Below, in pieces: positions 8,235-17,890 of a DNA stretch of 64,000 nt. Below the pieces are notes generated by a model that worked only from the letters and a program-made list of their open reading frames with translations, had not been told where the DNA came from and did not search any database. The position numbers and the translations under genes were made by a program. Each line of letters starts with the position of its first letter. Position 1 is the stretch's first letter. Source of the DNA: Deltaproteobacteria bacterium (lineage in GTDB: Bacteria; Desulfobacterota; Desulfuromonadia; Desulfuromonadales; JAAYDE01); assembly GCA_012729375.1 (NCBI GenBank), contig JAAYDE010000009.1, positions 1,177 to 65,176 on the forward strand. The letters are read 5' to 3'.

Positions 8235-11200
8235 ATGGATAAAATGGCTTTCGTATTTTCCGGGATCGGCACCCAGTGGCCGGAAATGGGCCGGGATCTT
8301 TGGGAAACCGATGCCGATTTCGCCGCCGGCTTCGACGCCTTCGACACCCCTTTCCGCCGACTCTCCGGATGGTCGGTGGCGGACGTCCTCTACCGGAACC
8401 CCGCCGACATCGGACCGGCCCAATGGGGCCACCCCTGCGTCCTGGCTGTGGAATTCGGCCTCTTCCAGGTCCTCCAGCACCACGGATTCCACCCAGACCT
8501 CATCCTCGGCCACAGCGGCGGGGAAGTCGCCGCCGCCTGGGCGGCGGGCATCCTCAGACCCTCGGAAGCGGCCCTTCTCGCCTGGCGCCACTCGCTGCTT
8601 CTGGAACAGGCGGCCGGCGGCGGGAAAATGCTCTTCATCGCCCTTCCCGCCGCCGAAGTGGAAACACTGCTGGAACCCTACACCGGGCACATCACCATCG
8701 CCGCCGTCAACTCGCCCCGCGGCACCGTTTGCGGCGGCGAGGAGGCCCTCCTTCAGGAATTGGCCGCGGCTCAGCCCCCGGATACCTTCTGCCGCCTGCT
8801 GCCGGTGGACGTCCCCTTTCACACCGGAGCCATCGAACCGTTTCTGGAGAGTTTCGAAATGGCCCTGGTCCCTTTGAATCCTCGCCGACCGCGGTTGCCC
8901 ATTGTTTCCACCCTCCATGGCGGCCCCTGGCGGACGGGGGACTTTGGCGGCGCTTACTGGCGGCGCCACGTCAGGGAACCGGTACTTTTCGCGGCGGCGC
9001 TGCAATGCGCTATGGACCAGGGCTGCCGGCGCTTCGTCGAACTGTCCCCCCACGCCGTGCTCCAGGCTTCCATCCAGGAAACCGCCGCCGCCCGGGGAAT
9101 CAGGGTGATCAGCTGCGGCCTCATGGCCCGGGACCTGGAGGGCTCGGTCACCCTTGCCCAGGGCCTCGATCTGCTGCGATCCTGGCAGAACGCGGGAGCC
9201 CCCTCGGCCGGGGTTTCAGCGGGGGATGATAGGCGCGAGGATGAGCAGAAGAGCCCTGGCACCCAGCGCCGGCTGCGGGAGTGGATCCGCACCGATTTGG
9301 AAAAACTTCTCCCCGGCCAGAACCTGGCGGAAAACGCCCCTTTTCAAAGCCTCGGCGTCACTTCCCTGACCGCCCTGCGCCTCTGTGCCGCCCTGACGGA
9401 GCGCCTCGGCGTGCCGGTACCGGCGTCGGCCGTATTCAATTATCCCGACATCGGTTCCCTGGCCAACCACCTCGCCGCCCTTGCCCAGGGAACTTCTTCC
9501 CGAAACGCCGCCGGCGCTCAGGATGACAACCCCGCCGCCGCCCGGGAACCCCTGGCCGTCATCGGCGTGTCCTGCCGCTTCCCCGGCGGCATCAACGACA
9601 TGGATGGGTTGTGGAATTTTCTCGCCGCGGGGCGCGACGCCGTAGTGCCCATTCCCGCGGAGCGCTGGGACCGGGAGCGCTATTACAGCGCCGACCGCCA
9701 GGCCCCGGGCAAGATGTACACCAGGGAGGGGGCTTTCCTCGCCGCGCCCAACCCGCCCATCGAGAATTTCGACGCCTTTTTCTTCAACATCTCGGCGCGG
9801 GAGGCCCTGCAGCTCGACCCCCAGCAGAGGCTGCTCCTGGAGCTCAGCTGGGAGGCCTTTGAGAACGGGGCCATCGATCCCTTTGCCTGGCGAGGTAAAG
9901 AGGTCGGTGTCTTTGTGGCCATGACCAACAACGAATACAGCCACGCCCACCGCGAGTCCTACCACCGCGAGCGCATCGACGCCTATTCCCTCACCGGCAC
10001 GACGATGAGCGGCGCCTGCGGCCGGCTCTCCTATTTTTACGGCTTCGAAGGCCCCTGCTTTACCGTGGACACCGCCTGTTCCTCGGGCATCGTCGCCCTC
10101 CACGCCGCCTGTCAGAGCCTGCGCCGCGGCGAGTCGGCAATGGCCCTGGTGGCGAGCGTTACCCTGATGCTGACCCCCGATCTGCACATCTGCTTCAGCA
10201 AGCTGGGGGCGATTAGCCCCGATGGGCGCAGCAAGGCCTTTGACGACGGCGCCGACGGCTACGGACGGGGCGAAGGCGGAGCGGCGCTCGTCCTCAAGCG
10301 ACTCAGCGACGCGGAGCGGGATGGCGACCCGATCCTCGGCCTGATCCGCGGCACCGCCATCAACCAGGACGGCAAAAGCAACGGCCTCACCTCCCCCAAC
10401 GGCCGCGCCCAGCAAAAGGTCATCGCCGGCGCCCTGGCCGACGCGGGGCTGCTTGCCGAGGAAGTGGACTACGTGGAAGCCCACGGCACCGGCACCGCCC
10501 TCGGCGATCTGATCGAGCTGGAAGCTCTGGCCGACGCCTACGGCGCCCGGCGCCGGCAGCCGTTGCGGGTCGGCTCGGTGAAGGCCAACATCGGCCATCT
10601 GGAGCCCGCCGCGGCCCTCGCCTCCCTGCTGAAACTGCTGCTCTGCTTCCGTCACGGCGCCATCCCGGCCAACATCCACATCAAAACCCCCAACAGCCGC
10701 TTTGACTGGCACAAGCGCCTCCTTCAGGCGCCGACTTCCCTGGTCCCCTGGGATAGTGACAGGCGGCGCCGCGCCGGCATGAGCGCCTTCGGCTTTTCCG
10801 GCGTCAACGGCCACGCCATCGTCGAGGAATACAGCCGCCCGGAACCGGCTGCCGACGGCGCGCCGTCGGCCTTTCTGCTCCTGCTGTCCGCCAAAAGCGC
10901 CGATGCCCTTCGTCAGCTCGCCCGCGCCTGCGCCGACAAGGTGGAGCAGATGACGCCCGCCATGCTGGCCGGGCTGTGCCGTTCCGCCGCCTGCCGGCAC
11001 AGCCATTTCCCCTGGCGAATCGCCATCACTGCCACCGGCCCGGCCGACATGGCGGCGCAACTGCGCCAGGCCAACCCCGCGGCCGCTTCCTCCCCGCCTT
11101 CCTCCCTGGCCCTCCTTTTCACCGGCCAAGGTTCCCAGTACCCCGGGATGGGGGAAGAACTTTACCGGAACTATCCCGTTTTCCGTGATGCCATCGATCA

Positions 11201-14200
11201 TTGCGCGCGCATTCTGGAGAAGCAAGGGATCGATCTGATCGCCCTCCTCTATGGCGCAACCCCGGCCCAGGAACTGGCGCGGACCGCCCATGCCCAGCCC
11301 GCTATTGTCGCCGTCTCCTATGCCCTGTGGCGCCTGTGGGAAGCCTGCGGGCTCCGTTTCGAGCACACCGCCGGCCACAGTATCGGGGAGTATCCGGCGG
11401 CCGTCGCCGCCGGCATCATGACCCTGGAAGAGATGCTGCGTCTGGCGGCGGCCCGCGGTCGGTGCATGGAGGATGCCCCGCCCGGCGCCATGGCGGCGGT
11501 TTTCAGCGGCGCCAGCGAAATCCACGAGGTGCTGAAAAAGCACCCGCAAATCACCTTGGCCGCCGTCAACGCTCCGGCGAGCCTCACCCTTGCCGGGGCC
11601 GAGGACGCCATGGACGGCCTTCTTGAAGAACTGGCCAAGCGCGGCATCGGCCACAAAAGGCTTCATGTCGCCCATGCCTTCCACTCCCCGGCCATGGAGA
11701 GAGCCGCTTCCCGTTTCCTCGCCCACCTCCAGGACGTCGCCCTGTCCCCGCCGACCGGGATGGCCTTCGTCTCCACCGTGACCGGCGCCGCCGAGGAGAG
11801 TAGGGTTTGCCGCCGTGATTACTGGGCCGGCCAGATCCTGGCTCCGGTGCGCTTCGCCGCTGCGGTAACGGCCCTGGCCCGGGAAAGCGCCCTGGCGGTC
11901 GAGGCCGGCCCTTCCGCTTCCCTATCCGGATTGGTGAAACAGTGTTCCGACTCCTGGCGCTCGATTCCCTCCCTGGCTCCCGGCCAGGGGAGCCTCTTTT
12001 CCCTGCTCACGGCGGCGGGGCACCTGTACCAGGAAGGCCTCGATCTGCGCTGGCAGGAACTCTTCGCCCCTTTCAACCCCCAAGTCGTGCCCCTGCCCCC
12101 CTACCCCTTTCAGCGGGAGCGGTTCTGGATGCCGGTGCAGACCGATCCGCCGGAGGGCTTCGATCGCCGCCGTTCCGTCCTCGGCCGCCGGCTGTCGACC
12201 CCGGCCCTCGGCGCCACCGCCGTCTTCGAAACGACCTTCTCCGATGCCGGACCGCTCTTCGTCCAGGAACATGTCATCTGCGGCAAGGCCATCAGCCCGG
12301 CGGCCGGCCACCTGGCCATGCTGCTGGCCGCGGCCCGGGAGCTGTGGGGGGAGTCCGCCTGCGAACTGCACAACGTCGACTTCCTCCACCCTCTGGTGGT
12401 GCAGCCGGGGGACCGGCGCCTGGTGCAGGTCATCGTCGACAATCCCGGCGCCGCCGCCAGCGCTTTGCGCCTGGTCAGCCGCGGCGACGGCGAGGAACTC
12501 TGGCTGGTGCACTGCACCGCCACCCTGAAACGGGATCCCTCGGCGGCGCCCCTGCCGGCCTTTCAACCAGGCGAGGTTTTTGCCGAGGAACAGGCGCCGG
12601 AATCATTCTACGAACGGTTCCTCAGCCACGGCTATGAGATCGGCCCCGGTTTCCGCCGCATCGACCGCATCAGTATCCGCGACGGGGAATCCCTCTGTCG
12701 GGTGCAGGCCCGACGCGGCGACTCCTGTGAGGATGGGCATGTCATCTACCCCGGCGCGCTGGATTCCATCCTGCAGACCATCCTGCCTCCCTTTTTCCAG
12801 GAGTTGGCCAAAACCATGGCCGCCGAGGAATCGCTGCTGATCCCGCTGAGCATGGAACGACTCCGCCTGTGGCGCCAGGTCCCCGGGGAGGTTTGGTGCC
12901 ATTCCCGCGCCCGGCGCAGCCTGCGGGACGCCGCCCTGGTGGGGGAAACCCTGGCGGTGGACGGAGAGGGCAACCCCATTGTCCAGCTCGCCGGCCTGAC
13001 CTTCCGCATGACCGACCGCGCCACCCTCTACCGGCAACTCAACAGCGATCCCCTGGAACTGGTGTATGCCCAGCATTGGGAAGAGGCTGACATGCCCCCG
13101 GCCAAGGGTGAAAACCCGTTATTGGTGTTCCCTGTCGGCGACGGCGTGCTGGCCTCAGCCCTGGCCACCCTCCCCGGCACGGCAGGCATTCCCGCCGCTT
13201 TGCAGAGCGCCGCCCTGGCCGACTGGCTAAAGCGGAACCTTCCCGGTGCCGGCGGCGCCGAACTCCTGGTCGCCCACAGCCGGAAAACCAGGGAGGCAAA
13301 GGAGATCCTCGGCGCCGAGGCCGGAGCATGGGAGGAGGCGGACTGCCGACGTTTTCTGGAGCTGCTGCAGGCGGTGAGCCGGACGCCCCTCAATGTCCGC
13401 CTCCATCTGCTCACATCCGGGATCATGGCGGTGCAAAAGGGGGACCCCTGTCGGCCGGCCGGGGCGGGATTGTGGGGGATGGCGGCCAGCTTCGCCCTCG
13501 AACATCCCCACCTGTGGGGGCATGCCATCGATATGCCTTCCGACCTGGGAAAAGACCACCAAGAGGATCTCCAGCAGGCGCTGCACCTGTGCCGCTCCGC
13601 CGCGGCGGCGGAAACAAGCGCGCTGCGCCAGGGGGTTCTTTACCGGTGCCGTCTGCACCGGGCCAAAGGCAAGGTGGAAGCCGCCCGCCCCTGGCGGGGG
13701 ACCCACCTGATTAGCGGCGGTAACGGCGCTCTGGGCCTGCAGACAGCCCGCTGGCTGGCCGAGCAGGGGGCCGAGGCGGTAGCCCTCCTCTCCCGCTCGG
13801 GAATCCCCCCGGCGGCGCAAGACCAGGTGACGGCCCTGCGCCGTTCGGGAGTGCAGGTCATCGTCCTGATCGGCGATGTCTCCAAGGGCGAGGACGTCGA
13901 CCGGGCGCTGCAACAGATCAGACTTGAGGCGCCACCTTTGCGGGGCGTTTTCCATGCCGCCGGCGTCCTCGACGACGGCGTCGTCGCCGACCTGACCGCG
14001 GCAAGGCTGAGTGCCGTTCTGGCACCGAAAATCCGCGGTGCCGTCCACCTCCATCGGGCGACCTTGGGGGTGGATCTCGACCATTTCGTCCTTTACTCAT
14101 CGGCGGGCACCTTCCTCGGCAGCCAGGGCCAGAGCAACTACAACGCCGCCAACCATTTCCTCAACGCCCTGGCCCGCCACCGCCAGGCCCTGGGCCTGCC

Positions 14201-14870
14201 CGCCGCCGCCATCTGCTGGGGTCCCTGGGCGGACGGGGGGATGGCCGCCGAATCGGCACGGCACAGCGACCATCTGTCGCGGCAAGGCATTCTCCCCATC
14301 CGCGGCAAGGAAGCCTTTGCCGCCTTCCAGGCCGGAAACTCCCTTGACTTTTGTGAATTCGCGGTGATGATGATCGACTGGCAGCGCTTTGCCGCGCGCC
14401 GCCGCGACCTGGGGCAGGCCATCGACGGGCGGGGATATTTTCAGTCCCTGGCGGCCGCAAAACAGGCGGACAAGTCGCGGACCGCACCGCCCCAGGCCGT
14501 CCTCGGCAAAAACGATGATGCCGCGGCGCTGCTGACGGGATTGCGCCGCATCGCGGGCAATCTCCTCGGGCTTTCCGAGGTGGCCGCCATCGCCGCCGAC
14601 AAACCCCTGATGGAGCAGGGTTTCGACTCCCTGCTGGCGGTGGAATTCCGCAACATCGTTGCCCGCGAACTGGAAAGGACGATTCCCGTTTCCATGATAT
14701 TCGAATACCCGACCCTGGAAAAGATGGCCGGCTGGCTCTGCGCCGGCGAAAATTCGGCCCCGCAGGCCACCGCTCCGGCCGACCGGCGTACCCCGGCCAC
14801 CGGCCCCAGAAAGGACGGCGCCGATGAGCTGCTGGCGGATATCGACCACCTTCTCGGGAGCGACGCCTGA
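8235..14870 (+). CDS. Type I polyketide synthase, AT(L)-ACP(L)-KS-AT-DH-KR-ACP
   Basis: AT(L) GHSGGE (Ser 8514-8516) and VPFH (8811-8822). ACP(L) LGVTSL (Ser 9363-9365). KS DTACSSG (Cys 10077-10079), EAHGTGT, NIGHLE. AT GHSIGEY (Ser 11379-11381) and HAFH (11673-11684). DH HVICGKAISP (His 12270-12272) plus DSILQ. KR GGNGALG (13716-13736), LDD, SNYNAAN. ACP GFDSLL (Ser 14628-14630). Confidence 0.95.
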   Translation: MDKMAFVFSGIGTQWPEMGRDLWETDADFAAGFDAFDTPFRRLSGWSVADVLYRNPADIGPAQWGHPCVLAVEFGLFQVLQHHGFHPDLILGHSGGEVAAAWAAGILRPSEAALLAWRHSLLLEQAAGGGKMLFIALPAAEVETLLEPYTGHITIAAVNSPRGTVCGGEEALLQELAAAQPPDTFCRLLPVDVPFHTGAIEPFLESFEMALVPLNPRRPRLPIVSTLHGGPWRTGDFGGAYWRRHVREPVLFAAALQCAMDQGCRRFVELSPHAVLQASIQETAAARGIRVISCGLMARDLEGSVTLAQGLDLLRSWQNAGAPSAGVSAGDDRREDEQKSPGTQRRLREWIRTDLEKLLPGQNLAENAPFQSLGVTSLTALRLCAALTERLGVPVPASAVFNYPDIGSLANHLAALAQGTSSRNAAGAQDDNPAAAREPLAVIGVSCRFPGGINDMDGLWNFLAAGRDAVVPIPAERWDRERYYSADRQAPGKMYTREGAFLAAPNPPIENFDAFFFNISAREALQLDPQQRLLLELSWEAFENGAIDPFAWRGKEVGVFVAMTNNEYSHAHRESYHRERIDAYSLTGTTMSGACGRLSYFYGFEGPCFTVDTACSSGIVALHAACQSLRRGESAMALVASVTLMLTPDLHICFSKLGAISPDGRSKAFDDGADGYGRGEGGAALVLKRLSDAERDGDPILGLIRGTAINQDGKSNGLTSPNGRAQQKVIAGALADAGLLAEEVDYVEAHGTGTALGDLIELEALADAYGARRRQPLRVGSVKANIGHLEPAAALASLLKLLLCFRHGAIPANIHIKTPNSRFDWHKRLLQAPTSLVPWDSDRRRRAGMSAFGFSGVNGHAIVEEYSRPEPAADGAPSAFLLLLSAKSADALRQLARACADKVEQMTPAMLAGLCRSAACRHSHFPWRIAITATGPADMAAQLRQANPAAASSPPSSLALLFTGQGSQYPGMGEELYRNYPVFRDAIDHCARILEKQGIDLIALLYGATPAQELARTAHAQPAIVAVSYALWRLWEACGLRFEHTAGHSIGEYPAAVAAGIMTLEEMLRLAAARGRCMEDAPPGAMAAVFSGASEIHEVLKKHPQITLAAVNAPASLTLAGAEDAMDGLLEELAKRGIGHKRLHVAHAFHSPAMERAASRFLAHLQDVALSPPTGMAFVSTVTGAAEESRVCRRDYWAGQILAPVRFAAAVTALARESALAVEAGPSASLSGLVKQCSDSWRSIPSLAPGQGSLFSLLTAAGHLYQEGLDLRWQELFAPFNPQVVPLPPYPFQRERFWMPVQTDPPEGFDRRRSVLGRRLSTPALGATAVFETTFSDAGPLFVQEHVICGKAISPAAGHLAMLLAAARELWGESACELHNVDFLHPLVVQPGDRRLVQVIVDNPGAAASALRLVSRGDGEELWLVHCTATLKRDPSAAPLPAFQPGEVFAEEQAPESFYERFLSHGYEIGPGFRRIDRISIRDGESLCRVQARRGDSCEDGHVIYPGALDSILQTILPPFFQELAKTMAAEESLLIPLSMERLRLWRQVPGEVWCHSRARRSLRDAALVGETLAVDGEGNPIVQLAGLTFRMTDRATLYRQLNSDPLELVYAQHWEEADMPPAKGENPLLVFPVGDGVLASALATLPGTAGIPAALQSAALADWLKRNLPGAGGAELLVAHSRKTREAKEILGAEAGAWEEADCRRFLELLQAVSRTPLNVRLHLLTSGIMAVQKGDPCRPAGAGLWGMAASFALEHPHLWGHAIDMPSDLGKDHQEDLQQALHLCRSAAAAETSALRQGVLYRCRLHRAKGKVEAARPWRGTHLISGGNGALGLQTARWLAEQGAEAVALLSRSGIPPAAQDQVTALRRSGVQVIVLIGDVSKGEDVDRALQQIRLEAPPLRGVFHAAGVLDDGVVADLTAARLSAVLAPKIRGAVHLHRATLGVDLDHFVLYSSAGTFLGSQGQSNYNAANHFLNALARHRQALGLPAAAICWGPWADGGMAAESARHSDHLSRQGILPIRGKEAFAAFQAGNSLDFCEFAVMMIDWQRFAARRRDLGQAIDGRGYFQSLAAAKQADKSRTAPPQAVLGKNDDAAALLTGLRRIAGNLLGLSEVAAIAADKPLMEQGFDSLLAVEFRNIVARELERTIPVSMIFEYPTLEKMAGWLCAGENSAPQATAPADRRTPATGPRKDGADELLADIDHLLGSDA

Positions 14871-14873
14871 CCG

Positions 14874-17831
14874 ATGGACATGGCTTTGGAACAGCGCTAC
14901 AAAGAGATCCTGCTCAAGGCTCGGGCCACCATCCAGCGGCTGCAGCAGCAGGTCGACGCCTTTCACGAACCGGTGGCGATCATCGGCATGGCCTGCCTTT
15001 TCCCCGGTGACAACGGCGGCGACGCCGACACCCCCGATCTTTTCGGCCGGCTGCTCGCCGCAGGTTACGACGCCGTCGCCGCCATTCCCCCCGACCGCGC
15101 CCGCTGGTGGCGCTCCCGCCATGGCGAAAAGGAAAAACCGCAAAGCCCCGGCCTCGACCGGGCCGCCCTGCTGAAACAGGACATCTTCTCCTTCGACCGG
15201 GAACTTTTCGGCCTGACGCCGGCCGAGGCGCGCATGACCGATCCCCAGCACCGCCTGCTCCTCGAGCTCTCCTGGCTGGCGCTCCTCGACGCCGGGCTGT
15301 CACCGGAAAGCCTGCGCGGCTCCGACACCGGCGTTTTTGTCGGCAAAAGCGGCACCGACTTTCTTTTCGACATTCTCGGGACAGGGAGAAGTTCCGCCGA
15401 CGACCCCTATACCCTGACCGGCAACATGCACAGCGCCCTGGCGGGGCGCATCTCCCACTTCCATGACTGGCACGGCCCTTCCCTCTCCTTCGAAACCGCC
15501 TGCTCCACCGCCCTGGCCGCGGTGATGGCGGCGGTCACCAGCCTGCGCTCCGGGGAATGTTCCCTGGCCCTGGCCGGCGGGGTCAATCTGCTCCTCGGGC
15601 CGACCCCCAGTCACTGGCTCAACAGCATGCATTCCCTGGCTGCCGACGGCCGCTGCAAGGCCTTCGGCGCCGGCGCCGACGGCTTCGGCCGCGGCGAGGG
15701 GGGCGGCGCCGTAATCCTGCAACGGCTGGCGGACGCCCGGCGCGCCGGCAACCGCATCCACGCCCTGATCCTCGGCGGCGCCGTCGGCTCCGATGGGAAA
15801 AGCGGCAGCTTCACCGCCCCCAACAGCAAGGGGCAGCGCCTGGTAATGACCCGCGCCCTGGCCGATGCCGGCGTCGCTCCGGCAGAGGTCGCCTTTGTCG
15901 AAACCCACGGCACCGGCACCCCTCTCGGCGATCCCATCGAGGCGGAGAGCCTCGCCCAAGTTTACGGCCCCCGGGAGGAGAAACTGCTCATCGGCTCGGT
16001 CAAAAGCAATATCGGCCATCTGGAAGGGGCCTCCGGCATAGCGGCACTGATCAAGGCGGTGCTCGCCGTCCGTGACGGCCGCATCCCCAAGACCCTTCAC
16101 AGCGAGCCCCCCAATCCGCTCCTCGACTGGGACTCCCTGCCCATAAAACCCAACCGCCACACTCTGGCCTGGCCCGCCGTTTACGAACGGCGCATCGCCG
16201 CCATCGACAGCTTCGCCATCGCCGGCACCCTGGTTCACCTGCTGGTGGCCGAATTCGTTCCCCCGCCCCGGCCGGAAAATGACCAAAGGACCACGGCCGC
16301 CCCCCAGATCCTGACCCTGTCCGCCCGCAGCCGCGAAGATCTTCAAGTCATGGCCGACGACTGCCTGCGCCGACTTGAGGAGGGAAACCCATTGGCCGAG
16401 ATGTGCCTGGCCTGCGCCCTGGCCAGGCCCCACGAGGAGGAGCGCCTGGCGCTGACCGCCGCCGACGCCGCGGAAGCTATCCAGGGCCTGCAGGCCTTCC
16501 GCGCCGGCAAAAGCCAGCGCAACCTCGTCTGCGGCCGCCGCCAATCCGGCCCGCCGCCGGTCCTGTTCCTGTTCAGCGGTCAGGGATCCCAACTGGCGAC
16601 CATGGGCCGGGAGCTTTACGCGGCCTTCCCCTCCTTCCGCCAGACCCTGGACCGCTGCGAGGAAGTGGCGGCGCCACGCCTCGGCGCCTCCCTGCGGGAC
16701 ATCCTTTTCGCCGCCGACGAGCCCCGCCTCCATCAGACACGCTTCACCCAGCCGGCCATCTACGCCCATCAGGCGGCCCTGGCTGACCTCTGTCGGGAAC
16801 TGGGCATCGGTCCCGCAGCGGTCCTCGGCCACAGCATCGGCGAATACGCCGCCGCCTACGCCGCCGGCGTCTTCACTCTGGAAACGGGCCTGGAAATCAC
16901 CCTCAAGCGGGGCGAACTGGTCTCCGGGATCACCACGGCCGGGGGCATGGCGGCGGTTCTCGCCGGTGAGACGGATGTCCTGCCGACGCTGGACGCCTTG
17001 CCGGGAGTGTCCGTCGCCGCCGTCAACGGCGACGCCACGGTCACCATCGCCGGGGTGCTGAAAGAGGTGGAGGAGGCCTGCCTCAGGCTCCGGGAACAGG
17101 GGCTGGAGAGCCGCCCGCTGCCGGTTTCCCATGCCTTTCACTGCCCCCTGGTCGAGCCGCTGCTGGATGACTTCCGCGCCTTTCTGCGCCGCTTCGACTT
17201 CCGGAAACCGGCCGTTCCCTTCCTTTCGGCCTGCCGCGGCGCCTATCTTCCCGCAGAAACCGACTGGCCCGATTATTTCTGCGCCCAGACCCGGCAGCCG
17301 GTGCGCTTCGCCGACGCCGTCAAGCGGGCGGAGACCGCCACCTTCCTGGAACTGGGGGCGCAGCCGACCCTCACCGCCTACGGCCGCCAGATCCGCGGCG
17401 ACGCGACCTGGCTCTTCACCCAGAACGGCGCCCTCGGCCTGCGCCCATTGGCCCAGGCCCTGGCCCGGCTCTACGTGGCAGGCTACCCGATCGGCCGCGG
17501 CTGGCCCTTCAGCGGGGAATGGCGGCCCGAGGCGGCACCCCGCTACCGGTTTAGGCGGGAACAGCTTCTGCCCCCCCCCTGGGCCGCCGAACCACAGGAC
17601 CAAGCCGTGCCGCCGCCTCCGGAAACCTTTTTGGCCCCTCCTCCCGCGATCCGCACCTTGGCGGACAGGGAAGACCCCGCGGTACAGCTGGCCATCATGC
17701 AGTGCGATATCTTCCGCCAAGTGTGCGCCATGCAGAATTCCCTGCTCGCCGGGGGCGCGGGCAACGCCGGGCCGACGCCGATGCAAGGCGGGCGTGACAA
17801 AAATCCGGAACCGGATGTCTTAACGGGATAA
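14874..17831 (+). CDS. Type I polyketide synthase, KS-AT didomain with a Pro-rich C-terminal tail (no ACP, no TE)
   Basis: KS ETACSTAL (Cys 15501-15503), ETHGTGT, NIGHLEGASG. AT LFSGQGSQ, GHSIGEY (Ser 16833-16835), SHAFH (17130-17141). The last ~100 aa are Pro/Ala-rich and lack a DSL carrier motif. Confidence 0.9.
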   Translation: MDMALEQRYKEILLKARATIQRLQQQVDAFHEPVAIIGMACLFPGDNGGDADTPDLFGRLLAAGYDAVAAIPPDRARWWRSRHGEKEKPQSPGLDRAALLKQDIFSFDRELFGLTPAEARMTDPQHRLLLELSWLALLDAGLSPESLRGSDTGVFVGKSGTDFLFDILGTGRSSADDPYTLTGNMHSALAGRISHFHDWHGPSLSFETACSTALAAVMAAVTSLRSGECSLALAGGVNLLLGPTPSHWLNSMHSLAADGRCKAFGAGADGFGRGEGGGAVILQRLADARRAGNRIHALILGGAVGSDGKSGSFTAPNSKGQRLVMTRALADAGVAPAEVAFVETHGTGTPLGDPIEAESLAQVYGPREEKLLIGSVKSNIGHLEGASGIAALIKAVLAVRDGRIPKTLHSEPPNPLLDWDSLPIKPNRHTLAWPAVYERRIAAIDSFAIAGTLVHLLVAEFVPPPRPENDQRTTAAPQILTLSARSREDLQVMADDCLRRLEEGNPLAEMCLACALARPHEEERLALTAADAAEAIQGLQAFRAGKSQRNLVCGRRQSGPPPVLFLFSGQGSQLATMGRELYAAFPSFRQTLDRCEEVAAPRLGASLRDILFAADEPRLHQTRFTQPAIYAHQAALADLCRELGIGPAAVLGHSIGEYAAAYAAGVFTLETGLEITLKRGELVSGITTAGGMAAVLAGETDVLPTLDALPGVSVAAVNGDATVTIAGVLKEVEEACLRLREQGLESRPLPVSHAFHCPLVEPLLDDFRAFLRRFDFRKPAVPFLSACRGAYLPAETDWPDYFCAQTRQPVRFADAVKRAETATFLELGAQPTLTAYGRQIRGDATWLFTQNGALGLRPLAQALARLYVAGYPIGRGWPFSGEWRPEAAPRYRFRREQLLPPPWAAEPQDQAVPPPPETFLAPPPAIRTLADREDPAVQLAIMQCDIFRQVCAMQNSLLAGGAGNAGPTPMQGGRDKNPEPDVLTG

Positions 17832-17890
17832 AGCCGCCGCGGAGCAGAGAAAAGCTTTTGCCGCCCCGGCGCAGAACGGAGCGATAAACC

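Noticed and set aside
9216-11726. An 836-aa minus-strand ORF antisense to the PKS. Similar long antisense ORFs occur at 15300-17786, 554-1882, 3131-4774, 17543-19063, 25224-26336, 35900-37744, 55425-56741 and 58634-60415.
   Set aside because: These are typical shadow ORFs of GC-rich DNA. Their translations are Gly/Arg/Pro/Ala/Asp-rich low-complexity strings with no motifs. Each lies opposite a gene with strong family signatures.
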